DNA of 64,000 nt from NCBI RefSeq assembly GCF_030684315.1, contig NC_081366.1, forward strand, positions 18,047,410 to 18,111,409, written 5' to 3'. The notes below the pieces were generated by a model. That model saw only the letters and a program-made list of their open reading frames with translations. It was not told where the DNA came from and searched no databases. A program made the position numbers and the translations under genes. This DNA comes from Stegostoma tigrinum (lineage: Eukaryota). Positions within the stretch are counted from its first letter, which is position 1, and each line of letters starts with the position of its first letter. This document shows positions 38,811-50,946 of the stretch, piece after piece.

Positions 38811-38932
38811 CTACTCTCTGCACTCCCTGGGTCTACAGCATCAATTTCAAACAACTTGTTTTCGTCCCATTTTTTCTGGATATCCTTTTCAATCCTCTTC
38901 AGATAATCAACCTTAGCTGTTCCTTTGCGATC
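38811..38932 (-). CDS. LARS1: LARS1 exon 2
   Basis: [32 protein letters not shown]..., aatag| acceptor, |gtaaga donor. Confidence 0.95.
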
Positions 38933-39494
38933 CTATTGTGGGGAAAATTTTAAAAGGCATTAAATGTTATTAGCCTTCCAAATCTGTAACTTGCTAAAGA
39001 TTTCTCATTCCTTAGATCCATAACTTAACAGCTCTCTGTAAGTCAACAACTGAGTTAGACAGAAACAGGCTGCCTTCAGTGAGCAGACAATTACTTAATC
39101 AGAAAGTTTTGGGTTCAAGTACCTCTCTAGAAATTTCAGCACATAATGGTACGACAGTTCCATCAGAAACTCAACAGCACTGCCTGAATAGGGAGGGTCT
39201 GCCTTGATTTCTGTGCCCTGATCTCTGGGCCAGAAGCCACATGATAAAGTTTTGACAGAGTGCGACTGCTACTGAGCCCAACAAACCATCCCATTTCCCT
39301 GCAGCATGCAACCGTCCTCCTTCCCACGCCCACTATAAACGAGGTCACAACCCTGCCAGCAGATATCCTCATTACATCCCAACACCCACTGCTGCAACTC
39401 CGCAGCAGATATTTCCTTAACCCTCACCAACCCGGTCATAACCCTCCCAGCAGGAATCCACATTCCTGGAACAGCTGGTGCCATGTGAGTTGGA

Positions 39495-39690
39495 GACTTC
39501 AAAAACTGCAGATGCTGGAGTCAGAGTCAATACAGCGTGGAGCTGGAGGAACACAGCAGGTCAGGCAGCATCAGAGGAGACGTTTCGGATTTACACCCTT
39601 TATCATCAGAACTGATGAACGGTCGGCTTTTCTGCATCTCTGATGCTGCCTGAGCTGCTGCGTTCCTTCAGCTCTACACTGTACTGACTG
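39495..39690. mobile_element. Mini palindromic PLE derivative in LARS1 intron 1
   Basis: gagctggaggaacacagcaggtcaggcagcatcagag is inverted against ctctgatgctgcctgagctgctgcgttccttcagctc. Confidence 0.7.
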
Positions 39691-39699
39691 GACATGTCA

Positions 39700-40370
39700 G
39701 TATCCGCGGGCCTGTCTCACACAGTGAGGACCGCACTTTCTCGCTGACACCCTCATGTCCATGTGTGAACCAGCTTATGCCAGCGTACAGGAACGGTGAC
39801 CCCTACCGCAACAAAAATATCAGTTAAGGCTCCGGGTGGCTAAAACTAACCGTCATGTTCAAACGTATCACAAGCAGCCGGCTTCCCCAAGCCTGCTCAC
39901 CCTCAAGTCGGACGCAATAGCGCGAATCTGCTACGCAGAATGCTGGGAGGTGTAGTCTTTCTCCCGCGGCGCAAACACGTCATCGGGCAGTCCGCCTGAC
40001 AGGAACATGCCTACAAATCCCAGACTACTCAGCGAAACGTCCAACGCCTCTACCCTTCCCTGTGTCTCATCTTCCATTCATTAAGTTCCTAGTCCTCGCC
40101 CCCGCCCCCGGGAAAATAAAATCCCCACCACAAACCAACGATCAGCTCGCCGGTAGGGTCCTCAAAGGCACTAATTTAAATGGTTGCTGGATATTTCCAC
40201 ATTGTTAATCCCAGTTTTCAAGTGGAAGGCGTTTGTTCTGATAGAGAGAGAGGGAGAGAGAGAGGGGGAGGGAGGGAGGGTGCGCGTGTCAGGATTTTGT
40301 GACAGTGTCGTAAAAGTATCCGTTTCTGTCAGGGGAGGCGAGGCTGGGATGAACCTGAGAGAATCTCACA
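39700..40370. promoter_or_regulatory. CpG island, bidirectional promoter for LARS1 and NUDCD2
   Basis: CpG-rich in an AT-rich background. ZNF143/Staf-like motifs ACTACACCTCCCAGCATTCTGCG (minus, 39934-39956) and CCTACAAATCCCAGACTACTCAGCG (plus, 40010-40034), CACGTCA CRE-like site near 39976, GC boxes near 40095-40110. Confidence 0.8.
39851..39856 (-). CDS. LARS1: LARS1 coding exon 1 (ATG ACG, M-T)
   Basis: Minus strand reads GAAC ATG ACG|gttagt inside the CpG island; phase 0 fits exon 2; human LARS1 also has a 2-codon first coding exon (recall). Confidence 0.85.
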
Positions 40371-40464
40371 TGTGAATTGAAAGAGTAAAGGAAGGCTTTG
40401 TGGCCTGATAGGAACATCTTAAAGTAATTCAAGGATGGCATTTTGACCAGATGTTGAAGTTAAT

Positions 40465-40885
40465 TAGATATTTTCTCTAAAATACTTATCTATTAATATT
40501 GTAGAAGGTAAGATATTAAGAAAGACTTGTTTGAGGTGTACAAAGTTATGAGGGACACAGGTGGGCAGAAATCTTGTCCCCCTCAAAGGGATCAAGAAGC
40601 AGAGGTATACTATTAAGGGAAGAAACAAGAGGTTAAGAAGAGATTTAAAGACAAAATAATTTTCATTCTGACGGTAGGGTGAGTACCTGGAACTCACTTT
40701 CTAAAAGGGTGGTCGAGGCGAGACCCTTCAAGACATTCTGAAATATTTAACTGATCACTTGAAACACTATATGAGGGTATGGTCTAATTGATGGAAAATG
40801 GGATTAGAGTAGATTGATGCTTAGTGACTATCGAGGGTATGATGGACCAAAGAGGCTCATTGTGTTCTGTAAAAACTCTGTGACT
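40465..40885 (+). mobile_element. CR1 3' fragment
   Basis: gaggtgtacaaagttatgaggg...gggattag. Confidence 0.6.
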
Positions 40886-40944
40886 GTAAATGCTGCTTAG
40901 GATTTTTGGCCAGACTTTTCTTCTGGACTTGTCTGTTGGAGCCA

Positions 40945-41217
40945 GCGCGATGGCTCAGTGGTTAGCACCACTGCTTCACAGCCCCAGGGACCCAGTTTGA
41001 TTCCAGCCTTTGGTGACTCTCTGCGTAGAGTTCTTCTGTGTCTGTATCAGTTTCCCTTGGGTGCTTCAGTTTCCTCCCGCAGTCGAAAGGTGTGCAAGCT
41101 GAGTGGATTGGCTGTGGATAGTGAAGAGTTATGGAGATAGGATGGGGGCTTGAGTCTGGGTTGGATACTCCTTGGTGCAGACTGGAAGGTCGAATGGCCT
41201 CTATTCTATGCTTGCTT
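40945..41217 (+). mobile_element. HE1/V-SINE-type SINE
   Basis: tggctcagtggttagcacc...gtttgattccagcc head plus core. Confidence 0.8.
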
Positions 41218-42517
41218 CCATGATGTATATGGGTCAGAGAATAATTTTCATGCTCTTCTTCCACCTAAGCCCTGCACTCCTAATTGGATCTTTTCACTTT
41301 GTCTATTCTCTCAGAATACTACATGTTTTGTACTGAGTGGGATGGCGAGTATAAATGCTGTGATAGACATGGGCCAGAAATTTTAGGTCCAAAGTTCAGG
41401 GTTAAAAATGAGCACTGGGAGCTGGTGTCCTGATTCTGCTGCTCCTGCTGCTAATTATCCTGTTGAAGAAGGCACCAGGCAACCTGCAAATTTGGGAATA
41501 ACACCACTTAACCTTCTTGAGCTCACTGCCAGCCAGCCTTGAGATTTTGGCAGGTAAACATGGGCTACAAAGTGGAATAGGGCTAGCCCAAGTGCATGGA
41601 GACTGAGCATCACAGGGATAAAGTCATGGTCGTACTATCAGCTGAGGTGGGCCTGTAAAAAGGAGCAAAGTTAAGAGATATACTCAGCCATTGGTAGCTG
41701 GGTACCATTTGTTGTGTAGATATCATGGAGAAGGGTGACTCTACTGTTGGGAAGACATAGAGAAAAGTTTCTGACATTATTTTGGATGCAGTTGAGCATA
41801 CCTAAGACACCAGCTGGCATTAGGAGCAAGGCCACTGATTCTTCATTCACCTTCATCTAGCTGAGGCCCTCACAGGTGAAAAATGTTGTGTATTCAACAT
41901 TGAATTTTTCTAAATACAGGGTATTGTCCATTTCATGCATGTGGCTACCAAAGCACCAAGTGACTGGCCAGTAAGATTCATCAACTAAACCAACTAATTA
42001 GCTTTCAGTCCCCCAAAGTGTAACTGGTTTGTGACAACAACAACAACAGCTGCATTTTCTGCTTCTCTATTTGATATCTGTCTTTCTGCCTGTCTCTTTC
42101 TTGTTTCCTGCATTTACCCAATGGCTACCCTGGTATTTTCTCTGTCTGTCCCACTTTTTACCTCAATCTCCTATCCATGAATTGGACTGCAACCTGTCTC
42201 AGCCAAGTAGTACACTATCTCCACAAAAATCACAAGCTGTGACTACTTCTCACTTCCACTCTTCCCATCCATTTCCTGGGGTAGGATGGGGAACTGAACT
42301 GGTCTCAAAATCGTTTTCCCGATTTTGGAGGGAAAATCCTCCCAAGATATGGGATTGGTTGGATAGGCAAGAGGATTTTTACCCATCCATCATTATTTCC
42401 TGTATGTGTCATGGTTGAATCTTATTTCTTGTAGCAAATAAATAGTTGAGGAATGGTTGTAGAGTGTAACAAAATAGTAATATGCAATATGATCTTCATT
42501 TCACTACTAAAACTGGT

Positions 42518-42613
42518 AAAAGTCAGAAATCACATTGCACCAGGTTATAGTCCAGCAGGCGCCGTGCGATTTCTGACTTTGTCCACCCCAGCCCAACACC
42601 GGCACCTCCTCAT
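42518..42613. mobile_element. Collapsed palindromic element, third family
   Basis: aaagtcagaaatc...gatttctgacttt with the same tail as the 15307 copy; flanks TAAAACTG at 42508 and 42614. Confidence 0.65.
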
Positions 42614-42829
42614 TAAAACTGAGAAAGGATTATTCCATATGTAAATGTGTTTAATGTTGAATAATAATAATACATTTAATAAATATAAGGAAATCGCCAT
42701 TCTAAAATTATGTAGCTGGGATTAGTTGGTTGCTGCTTAATTTTCTGGTTACCTTGCTCTAACATTTTTCATAGTTCAATATCAATGTGTCCTTGTTTGT
42801 AAAATGCTAATCTTTTCATTTTTCAAGCC

Positions 42830-43018
42830 ATGTCAGTTCATTTTGATGAAAGAAGTGGGACTGTTCGCTGCAAGACCCCATGGGGTGAATGGTATCAGAC
42901 CATGGAAGAAGTTTTCATTGATGTCCATGTTCCAGTTGGAACATCTGCAAAAGAAATCAAATGTAGTCTGGGGAGTAAAGATATAGCATTGTCTGTTAAG
43001 GGACAAGTGATATTGAAG
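42830..43018 (+). CDS. NUDCD2: NUDCD2 coding exon 1
   Basis: MSVHFDERSGTVRCKTPWGEWYQTMEEVFIDVHVP...ILK|gtaaag; CS/p23-domain NudC family. Confidence 0.96.
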
Positions 43019-43500
43019 GTAAAGATCCCTTTCCTGTCACCTTTTCTCCACTTCAAATGAGTCTCACTAAATTTTTAAAAATCTATCATTGATAATGCAT
43101 TTCCTTAAATGAATATAGTTGTATACTTGGTTTAAAGAACTTTATCTCCAATGTTCTGATAATAGATCTGTCATCACAGCTTTCATTCCTAAACATGAGA
43201 TAATGTTGCCTGAGACACTGAATTGACAACCAGATATTTGGACAGGACTATTGAAACATCAAGTGAAGATTTTATAGCTTTTCTGAGGAAATTCTGAGAT
43301 GCATGCTATGTATTTTCAGATGTTCAGTTCTTATTTCACAATATTGTATTTAAACAAAGCTTAGCAGTTGGCTGTTGATCAATATTCATGTGTTTGTCTC
43401 TCTGGCAAGACTTGCAACAATTGGAGTCCACATGCCAGTCAATCAACACTCTTCTCTCATACAATATAAAGATTGGTTTCCCCCTTTAATTGGTATTGTC

Positions 43501-43525
43501 CTGATGAGTACAAGATGAAAAGCTC
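43501..43525 (+). ncRNA. Minimal hammerhead-like motif of a separate repeat family
   Basis: CTGATGA-GT-ACAAG-AT-GAAA-AGC-TC, with flanks ttgtc/aacaa able to form stem I with one mismatch. Confidence 0.5.
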
Positions 43526-44135
43526 AACAAAATGCCTTTTAAAGGCAACATTCAGAACTATATTTTTCTCACTTCAATTTATGTTAGGAAGGAATAATTA
43601 TTCAAGAAAATTATTGTTGGAACTCGAGCATCGATCTGAGCTCTGATCTGTTTTCGACTTTTGGTAATTCTGCAAGCTAACAATTGAATATGGCATGCCC
43701 AGAGAAATCCAGAAATACTTTAAAGAAGCTTGTTTGTTTGAATAAAAATACAAGATACTGCGTTTGCAGGCAAACATTTTAGAGAGCAATTCTAATAGCA
43801 GGTGAAGGAAGAAGAAAGAATGAGCATTTATAGAATATTTCATGTTCTATGTCCCAAAATGTTTCATAGACTGCTTTTTGTTTTTAAAAAGAGTGTATCC
43901 CTGAAACTTGACACCAGTGACAATGATGGAATCTCCCAATGTTATTCTGAAGTGCTGGATTGTTTTCAAGCCCTAATCTGGGTTTTGAACGTTCAGATTT
44001 TTGTGTCAAGCAAGATTGGTGGCATGAACTAACATAACATTCACGTAAAGTTAAAGACAAAGAATGTAGTGAGTTGAATTTTTATTTTTGTGCAGCAATC
44101 CAGATTGTTACTGGCAAATCTTACTTAATTTTCAG

Positions 44136-44184
44136 GGGAAGCTCTTTGATTCTACTGTTTCTGATGAAGGAACATGGACTCTAG
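44136..44184 (+). CDS. NUDCD2: NUDCD2 coding exon 2
   Basis: GKLFDSTVSDEGTWTL, ttcag| acceptor, |gtaggc donor. Confidence 0.95.
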
Positions 44185-44223
44185 GTAGGCAACAATCTTA
44201 AATTAAAATGCTTCCTTCATAGC

Positions 44224-44572
44224 GGAGGTGATGGCCTAGTGGTATTATTGCTGGACTGTTAATCCAGAGACCCAGATAATGTTCTGGGGACTCGGGTTTG
44301 AATCCCACCATGGTGGATGGTGGAATTTGAATTCGATAAAATATCTGGAATTAAGACTCTAATGTTGGCCATGAATCCATTGTTGATGGTTGGAAAAACC
44401 CATCCTTCACTAATGTCCTTCAGGGAAGGAAATCTGCTGCCCTAACGTGGTCTGGCCTACATGTGACTCCAGACTCGCATCAATGTGGTTGATTCTTAAC
44501 TGCCGTCTGGGCAATTAGGGATGGGCAATAAATGCTGCCTAGCAGTGATGCCCTCATCACATGAATGAATAA
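44224..44572 (+). mobile_element. tRNA-derived SINE, SacSINE1/Deu-like
   Basis: tggcctagtgg A-box, ggtttgaatccc B-box, core ggtctggcctacatgtgactccagac, LINE-shared 3' end gggatgggcaataaatgc. Confidence 0.75.
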
Positions 44573-44741
44573 AGAAAACAAAACTATATACCTTATTTTT
44601 CTTTTTTTTTTAATGTTTCATTGTAAGAATGTGTACCATTCCTTTACTCTATTTTCTGACATAAGAAATTGGAGAATTAAAAAGTGTACACTTTCAACTC
44701 TTATTTTGTTCCATCTCTAAGAAGATTTTGCTTTCTGGCAG

Positions 44742-44893
44742 AGGATAAGAAACAGATCAGTATAGTTCTAAGGAAAAGTAACCGAGAAGCTGGGAACTGC
44801 TGGTCTTCATTGCTGGAAGGGCAGTATCGTGCTGACCCCCTGCTGCAAGATGAAATGCAGAAGAAACTTACACTAGAGAGGTTCCAAAGGGAG
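44742..44893 (+). CDS. NUDCD2: NUDCD2 coding exon 3
   Basis: EDKKQISIVLRKSNREAGNCWSSLLEGQYRADP...LERFQRE. Confidence 0.96.
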
Positions 44894-45479
44894 GTAAGTA
44901 ATAGTACCATATGAAATAAAGTATACTACTTGGTTAATAACAGTGGATTGCAACTAGATCTGTTCTGTTGTGCAAATATCTGAAAGAAATATGATAAGCA
45001 GAAGATGCAAAGCAAATATGTTAGCAAGCCAGTAGAGAAATTACACAATCTTCTGTTGACCAGAAGCTAATCTTCCCTCAAAGTATTTATGAGTATCTGC
45101 AGCTTAATAATCAGACAAATTTTTATAATTTATTACACTAATCACACCCATTATTACTGGCAATGTCCTTGAAATCTGTGCAGAATGGCTTAACTTATGC
45201 AGTTTTTCTAGGAATTTACTGCAGAGTGGAAATAGCCCTTTTTGTGAGTGTAAAGCACACAGTTTGACTTGTCAACATTGTAACTTGAATCTTCTGGGAT
45301 GGCTGCAATGCTCTTGGTGGTCAATAGGCTACTGACAGTGATAACACTCAAAATAAAGAATGACCACTTGAGTGAAATACCAGAAACTGTCAATTGTATT
45401 TCCCTTTTATCCTCTTCTGAGTATCACCTCATTCTAAGGCTAAAAAAATTTTTTTTGACAGGATAAAAAAAATTGCTGA

Positions 45480-45862
45480 TTTTGAGTTTAGAAGAATGAG
45501 AGGTGACTTTATTGAAACATGCAAGATTCTTAGAGAACTTGACCAGATAGATATGGAAAGGCTTTTTTTTCCCTTCTGAGAGAGTCGAGGACCAGAGTCC
45601 AAAATCTCAGAAGAAAGGTTTGCCCATTTAAAGCAGAGGTGAGTAGCAGTTTTTTCAGTGGTTAGTGAATCTGTGGCATTCTCTCCTGCAGAGAGCTGTC
45701 AAAGCTGGGTCATTAAGCATACTCAGAGCTGAGATAGATTTTTAACCAATAGGGAATCAAGGGATGTGAGGAAAAGCAGTAAAACAGAGCTGACGATGAT
45801 CATGTCTGTGGTCCCATTGAATGTCAGGACAGATTCAATGGACTGAAAGGCCTACTTCTGCT
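45480..45862 (+). mobile_element. CR1 3' fragment
   Basis: agaagaatgagaggtgactttattgaaac...ggcctacttctgc. Confidence 0.7.
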
Positions 45863-46280
45863 GTTGCATCAAAGACATTGAAATAAATCACTTGATAGCC
45901 CTGTCCAGCCAGGCAGAGTCTGCAGAAGGTGAAAGAGGGGAGAAGTTATAGTTGCCTTAACGTTACAGGAAAAAATATGAAGACCACGAGCGAGATAAGA
46001 GACAGGGATATCCAACTGAAATTTGGCAGTAGAATGTGGGCCTGTCACATTGTTGTGACTGAGGGTGTATTATTTCTGAAAAGTGAAATGGTTACACTTG
46101 GATGCACAAACTAAGATACCTTGCAGATGATGTGTGAGATTGGAATCTTTGGTACTGCATATGGCAAGTGAGATTCAAAGTAATGCTATTGCAGCAATTA
46201 AAGAGTTCACAGGCTGAAAAATTGCTTTACTTTTCAAAAATTGATGTTCCCTAATTGATACTTATCCTACCAAAGCTTTG

Positions 46281-46632
46281 AGGTGGCGCAGTAGCTGTGG
46301 TTAGCACTGATGCCTACAGCGCCAAGGACCTAGGTTTGATTCCAGCCTGGGTGGACTGTCTCTGTGGAGTTTGCACATTCCGTATCTGTGTGGCTTTCCT
46401 CTGGATGCTTCTGTTTCCTCCCACAGTCCAAAGATGTGCAGGTTAGGTGTATTGGCCATGCTAAATTGCTCACAGTATCCAGGGGCGTGTGAGCTAGGTG
46501 GATTAACTATTGGAAATGCAGAGTTACAAGGATAGGGTAAGGAAGTGGCCTGAGTGGATGCCCTTCAGAGGATTGGTGTGCTCTGGATAGGCAGAATAGC
46601 CTGCTTCCACACTATGGATTCTATGATTCTAT
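46281..46632 (+). mobile_element. HE1/V-SINE-type SINE
   Basis: Full head, core and tail ending in attctatgattctatg. Confidence 0.85.
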
Positions 46633-46800
46633 GAAATATTTTAATCATGCTAGAATTTCTTCGGCATGATAAGCCGTGTGACTAAGTAGCATGATTCAAG
46701 ATATCACGCCGAAAACCATGTGGATTGTTCTCATTTGAATAATCATTAGACATTTAGAAACTTCATCACGCTAATGAACTTCCGCTTTCCTCTTGCACAG

Positions 46801-46884
46801 CATCCTGGCTTTGACTTTAGTGGAGCTGACATTTCTGGAAACTATGGTGGTGGCGGTCCAGATTTCTCAAATTTGGGAAAGTGA
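46801..46884 (+). CDS. NUDCD2: NUDCD2 coding exon 4 (terminal)
   Basis: HPGFDFSGADISGNYGGGGPDFSNLGK*; total CDS 474 nt = 157 aa. Confidence 0.96.
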   Translation, partial: HPGFDFSGADISGNYGGGGPDFSNLGK

Positions 46885-47734
46885 AGACAATTCAAAGACG
46901 CAATTGCCTAATACTAGACTTTGAGAATAAAAGTGCAGAATACAAGCTGTTGAAAATGCCTCCGAAGGACTCAGTGATCCAAAACTTGCTGGGAAAATAA
47001 AGATGACTTGGCAGAGCACACTGTTATTAGTTGTAACCAACCCAGGAATTTGCATTTTTGAGGAAAAAAATACACCATGAGTTGTGAATCATTGCAAATT
47101 GCTGTACGATTTGAAATGCACCCCCACTGACCTTGCATAACAGATCTTGCTGTTACTGACCCTGTGATTTTCAAGGAGTTGCTGAATTTACATCATTAAT
47201 ATAATGAAACAAGTTGGTTAAAGTTAGGACAGCTATTGAATATTGTAAGCACACTTTAAATGGAGTGACTAATTGTCTTGACATGCCACTCAACTTTGGA
47301 AATTCAGAAAGAGAACAGTTAAAACTGGAGTTTGTGGAGGCTTATCAAGTGAATGTCTCATGCATTTCTTTTGTGGTCTCACTCTCAATTTAATCTTTAG
47401 TCCTGATACTGTTTCCTGCCTTTAATTTGACTCAATTTCATCCTATTCTGTATCAATCTTTTTTTTCCTCTTCATTAGAACAGTGAGATCAACTGAATAG
47501 TTCTAACGAAAATGCCCACTTTTTAAATTAAAGATACCCACAAAAAATCCTCCTTATAAAAAGGAAATGTAAATTAATTCTGAATATTATCTGCAGTCTG
47601 GAGAAAGCAATCTTTGTAGAATGCAACACTTAAGAGAGGCCTCAAATGTACTGCTGGACACTGCTTCTTCCCTGGCCTCAGATGAGAGACAGAGAGTGTG
47701 ACCACTTCACACTGTTCATACCTTTTTCGTTCAC

Positions 47735-47740
47735 AATAAA
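47735..47740 (+). terminator. Candidate NUDCD2 polyadenylation signal
   Basis: AATAAA followed about 25 nt later by a GT-rich tract (ttgctgctgttgcattgtgcttg); other AATAAA at 46926 and about 46996. Confidence 0.45.
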
Positions 47741-48377
47741 CTGTTAGTCCTGCAATTTACCACATTGCTGCTGTTGCATTGTGCTTGATTGTAGTCATTT
47801 CTAGCACTAAAATAATTGGAACCTAGGGCTGAGAAGGAAGTTATAACTTGGATTTTTGACACAAAATGCTTGCCACCAGCAAATTCTGGGTCACAGATAT
47901 GCACGTTTTAAGATGCATATATCTGCTTTAAAAATAAAATTCTGTATAACCTTCTGCATATGTTGAAGGCAGTTCCTTCCTTATGGTATTTACAATTTTG
48001 AAGCACACACTGGAATTGAAAGTGAGACTCTTGTTAAACCTGTAGTGATAATTTGATTGTTTCATTTGGCTTCAGTGCCTTAGATTTTTATTTCAGATCA
48101 AATAGCAAAGTTTGAGTCATTGGAGAGTTTTATGAAAGTAAGATATATCTTTGGTAAGTATGTTAAAATTGGAATTGGTTGTGCTTATTCCATTAATATT
48201 TGAGTGCAGGTGATGAAAAATACAAGAGTTAAACTCGTCATCAAGGGTTCCAAATTTGAGTCCAACCCAGACTAATAAACTTGAAAACCTTTTCTGTCCA
48301 TTGGCTTCAAGTGGTCTATGTCAAACAAGTCTGGAAATCTACAAGTTAATTTGCAAACAATGTAAGTCCATAGTATC

Positions 48378-48571
48378 AGAGATAATGGGAATGGCAGATG
48401 CTGGAGAATCTGAGAAAACAAAGTGTGGAGCTGGATGAACACAGCAGGCCAAGCAACATCTTAGGAAGCACAAAAGCTGACGTTTCAGGCCTGAAGGGTC
48501 TCGGCCTGAAACGTCAGGTTTTGTGCTCCTGAGATGCTGCGTTCATCCAGCTCCACACTTTGTCATCTCTC
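48378..48571. mobile_element. Mini palindromic PLE derivative
   Basis: Inverted termini; flanks agtccatagta/agaccatagta. Confidence 0.8.
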
Positions 48572-49239
48572 AGACCATAGTAATAATTTTTTTTTTAAAA
48601 ATCATTTGTGGATGTGAGTCATTCATAAGGCCAACCTTTCATTGTTCATACTGAATTACCTTTGATGATCTTATGGAGATCAAAGAAGTGCTGGTTTTTG
48701 AAAATATTTAAAATTACATTGGTGTTTGAAGGTTCAGATTGAGACGCTGTGGGGTTAGGTAGTATTCAACTTGAATTATTGGGCACTCCTTCTAAAAAGC
48801 AGTTAAAACGAAGCTGAAGGAAGACATCTATAAAATTCCTGCTGTCACCCATTGCGACTGCTGACTAGCAGGTTGTGCTTCTGGGCTCTTTATTTTGGAA
48901 AATGTCAGTTTGGTGAGAGTTATGGGGAGGCAGTTACCTGTCCAATAGCAGTAAAGCAGCTGTGAAGGTATCAGTTAGGACTTATTCAGGCTACTCTCCT
49001 AATATCATCTGGAAGTGCCTTCCCTTTTCATATACATTTGCAGCACCCATCCTTTGTGGTGGAGATGCTCGCCACTCAAGGCTGTTTGGTTCAGTAGGCA
49101 CAATATGCTGCCCTGCCCCGCACAGCACAGACAGCATTACAGTCTTCACTGTACGGCATTGTTACAATATTTAAAAGATATTTGGTTAAGTACGCGAAAA
49201 GGCAAGCTGGTGGGACTAATTTGACCGAAGTTGTATGAG

Positions 49240-49480
49240 TCTATGGCACAGGGAGCCCGAAGCGCTGCGTTGTACGGCAAATGAAGTCCCAGGCGCCACG
49301 CTTTGCGACACTCATTTCCGCCGGCCTTTGCCGTACGGCGACGTTTACAGGATGTGACGCATTTCGCCGGAAGCTAGGTGCCGGCGAGGAGGAGGGACGG
49401 CGGCGAAATGTCGGATCTGTTCGTGAAACCCGGTGAGAACCGAGCGGGCGGTAAGGGGCTTCGTGTGGGAAACGGCAGCC
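49240..49480 (+). promoter_or_regulatory. SRA1 CpG-island promoter
   Basis: Dense CpG, ETS-type CCGGAAG at 49367-49373 and a TGACG half-site just upstream of the ATG. Confidence 0.75.
49408..49432 (+). CDS. SRA1: SRA1 exon 1 (steroid receptor RNA activator protein, SRAP)
   Basis: MSDLFVKPG|gtgaga; resembles the vertebrate SRAP N-terminus (M.ELYVKPG). Confidence 0.9.
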
Positions 49481-50817
49481 AGAGTTCAAAGTGACCCTTC
49501 CCTCAGAAGGGTATGGAGGGAGGAGGGTGGTAGAGCTGCCTGGGGAAACAGGGCTCGGATTGATACCCTGGTTTACGTGGCACTCAGGCTGGAGTCAGCA
49601 GTGGGCGGATCATTTTGATCACGTCAGTACATTTAAACCTGCTTTACAGAATAAGCAGCACCCAGACCGTATTGTAAAGGTGATTAATACATTTAATGGA
49701 AGGAAAATTCTATTCCCCTCGCTGCTAAGCATACCATGTTTAAAGTGCAGAATGCTGGGGAGGAAATAGTCTTGGTCTTTCCTTGAAATGACATCTCCTG
49801 GTCAGGAGAGATGATGCTCATTGTCTTTTGCATCAGACACGTTTTATGTAGCTGCCAGTCACGTTCACAGTACAGAATTACCACTTCTGTGGTATATATT
49901 TACATAACAGTTTAAAACGTGTGTCAGATGGGTACATTGAAGGGGAAGCTAGGTAAACGCGTAACAGAAACAGGAATGTCAGCGTGTGGAACATTAACGT
50001 CAACATAAACCACTTTGGCTAAACGCTGTTGCTGTGTTAAAGTTCTCTGACTGAAAGTTTGCAATGCAAAGATTGACAGGGGTCTAATAATGTTTCTGTG
50101 GCTTTTAAGCAGAGTAAGATGAACTTTACTGTCATGTGACCATTGGAGAAATGCATTTCAATGACCACTGATATTCTTACTTTGAAATACATAAGCTGGG
50201 ACAAAATTGATTTGATCATTTGTCTTTTTAAGAAAGTAATATTCCACCACTTGTCGAGGGGTTATGTGCCCTTGCAATGAGAGTCATGTTACAGGATGAG
50301 TGTTTCTTATTTGAGGATTTGATATCAAGTGCATTGCAACAGGTGAAAAAATGTTTTCTATAAATTAAGAGAGTGATTTTAAAAAATAGTAAATAAATTG
50401 AGTGTTGCTATGATGGAGCTCCTTTATTTTGGAAGTAGTAGGGCAACTTTCATTTACTCAAGTATTCTGCTTGCTCATTGTTAGGAGCTGTCAATATCTG
50501 TCTGTGCCCTCTTGTCCACAACTGACAATGACTTCAATTTACACTTATTTGTGGTTTAATATTTAAAACAAAAAAGACTGTTTCCCTTGCTTGTTAAGGA
50601 AATGCTAATAAAATCACACTAATGGTTGGCTTTAGTGAATAATTGTAATTGATCATTGCTTACGGAGAAATTCAGTTTCTTTTGAAAAGAAATATTTGGA
50701 AAGATATTCCAAGCATTCTCTATAAACTGCATACATTTCAGGCTTGAAGTGTTCAGTATGTTTAATTTTGGTATCATCACTTATGTGGAATTACTTAATC
50801 ATTTTTTTTTAAACCAG

Positions 50818-50946
50818 GAAATCAGGAGCGAGGCTGGAATGATCCTCCCCAGTTTTCATATGGTTTGCAGACACAAGCACAGGTAGGTCCCAGGAAACAT
50901 TTTCTGACGAAGAGGGTACCGGCACCTCAGCTGGATAAACCAAAAG
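50818..50946 (+). CDS. SRA1: SRA1 exon 2
   Basis: [20 protein letters not shown]...LTKRVPAP, the SRAP signature. Confidence 0.95.

Noticed and set aside
41370-41890. Possible decayed DNA-transposon remnant
   Set aside because: Could not define terminal inverted repeats, a TSD or coding similarity.
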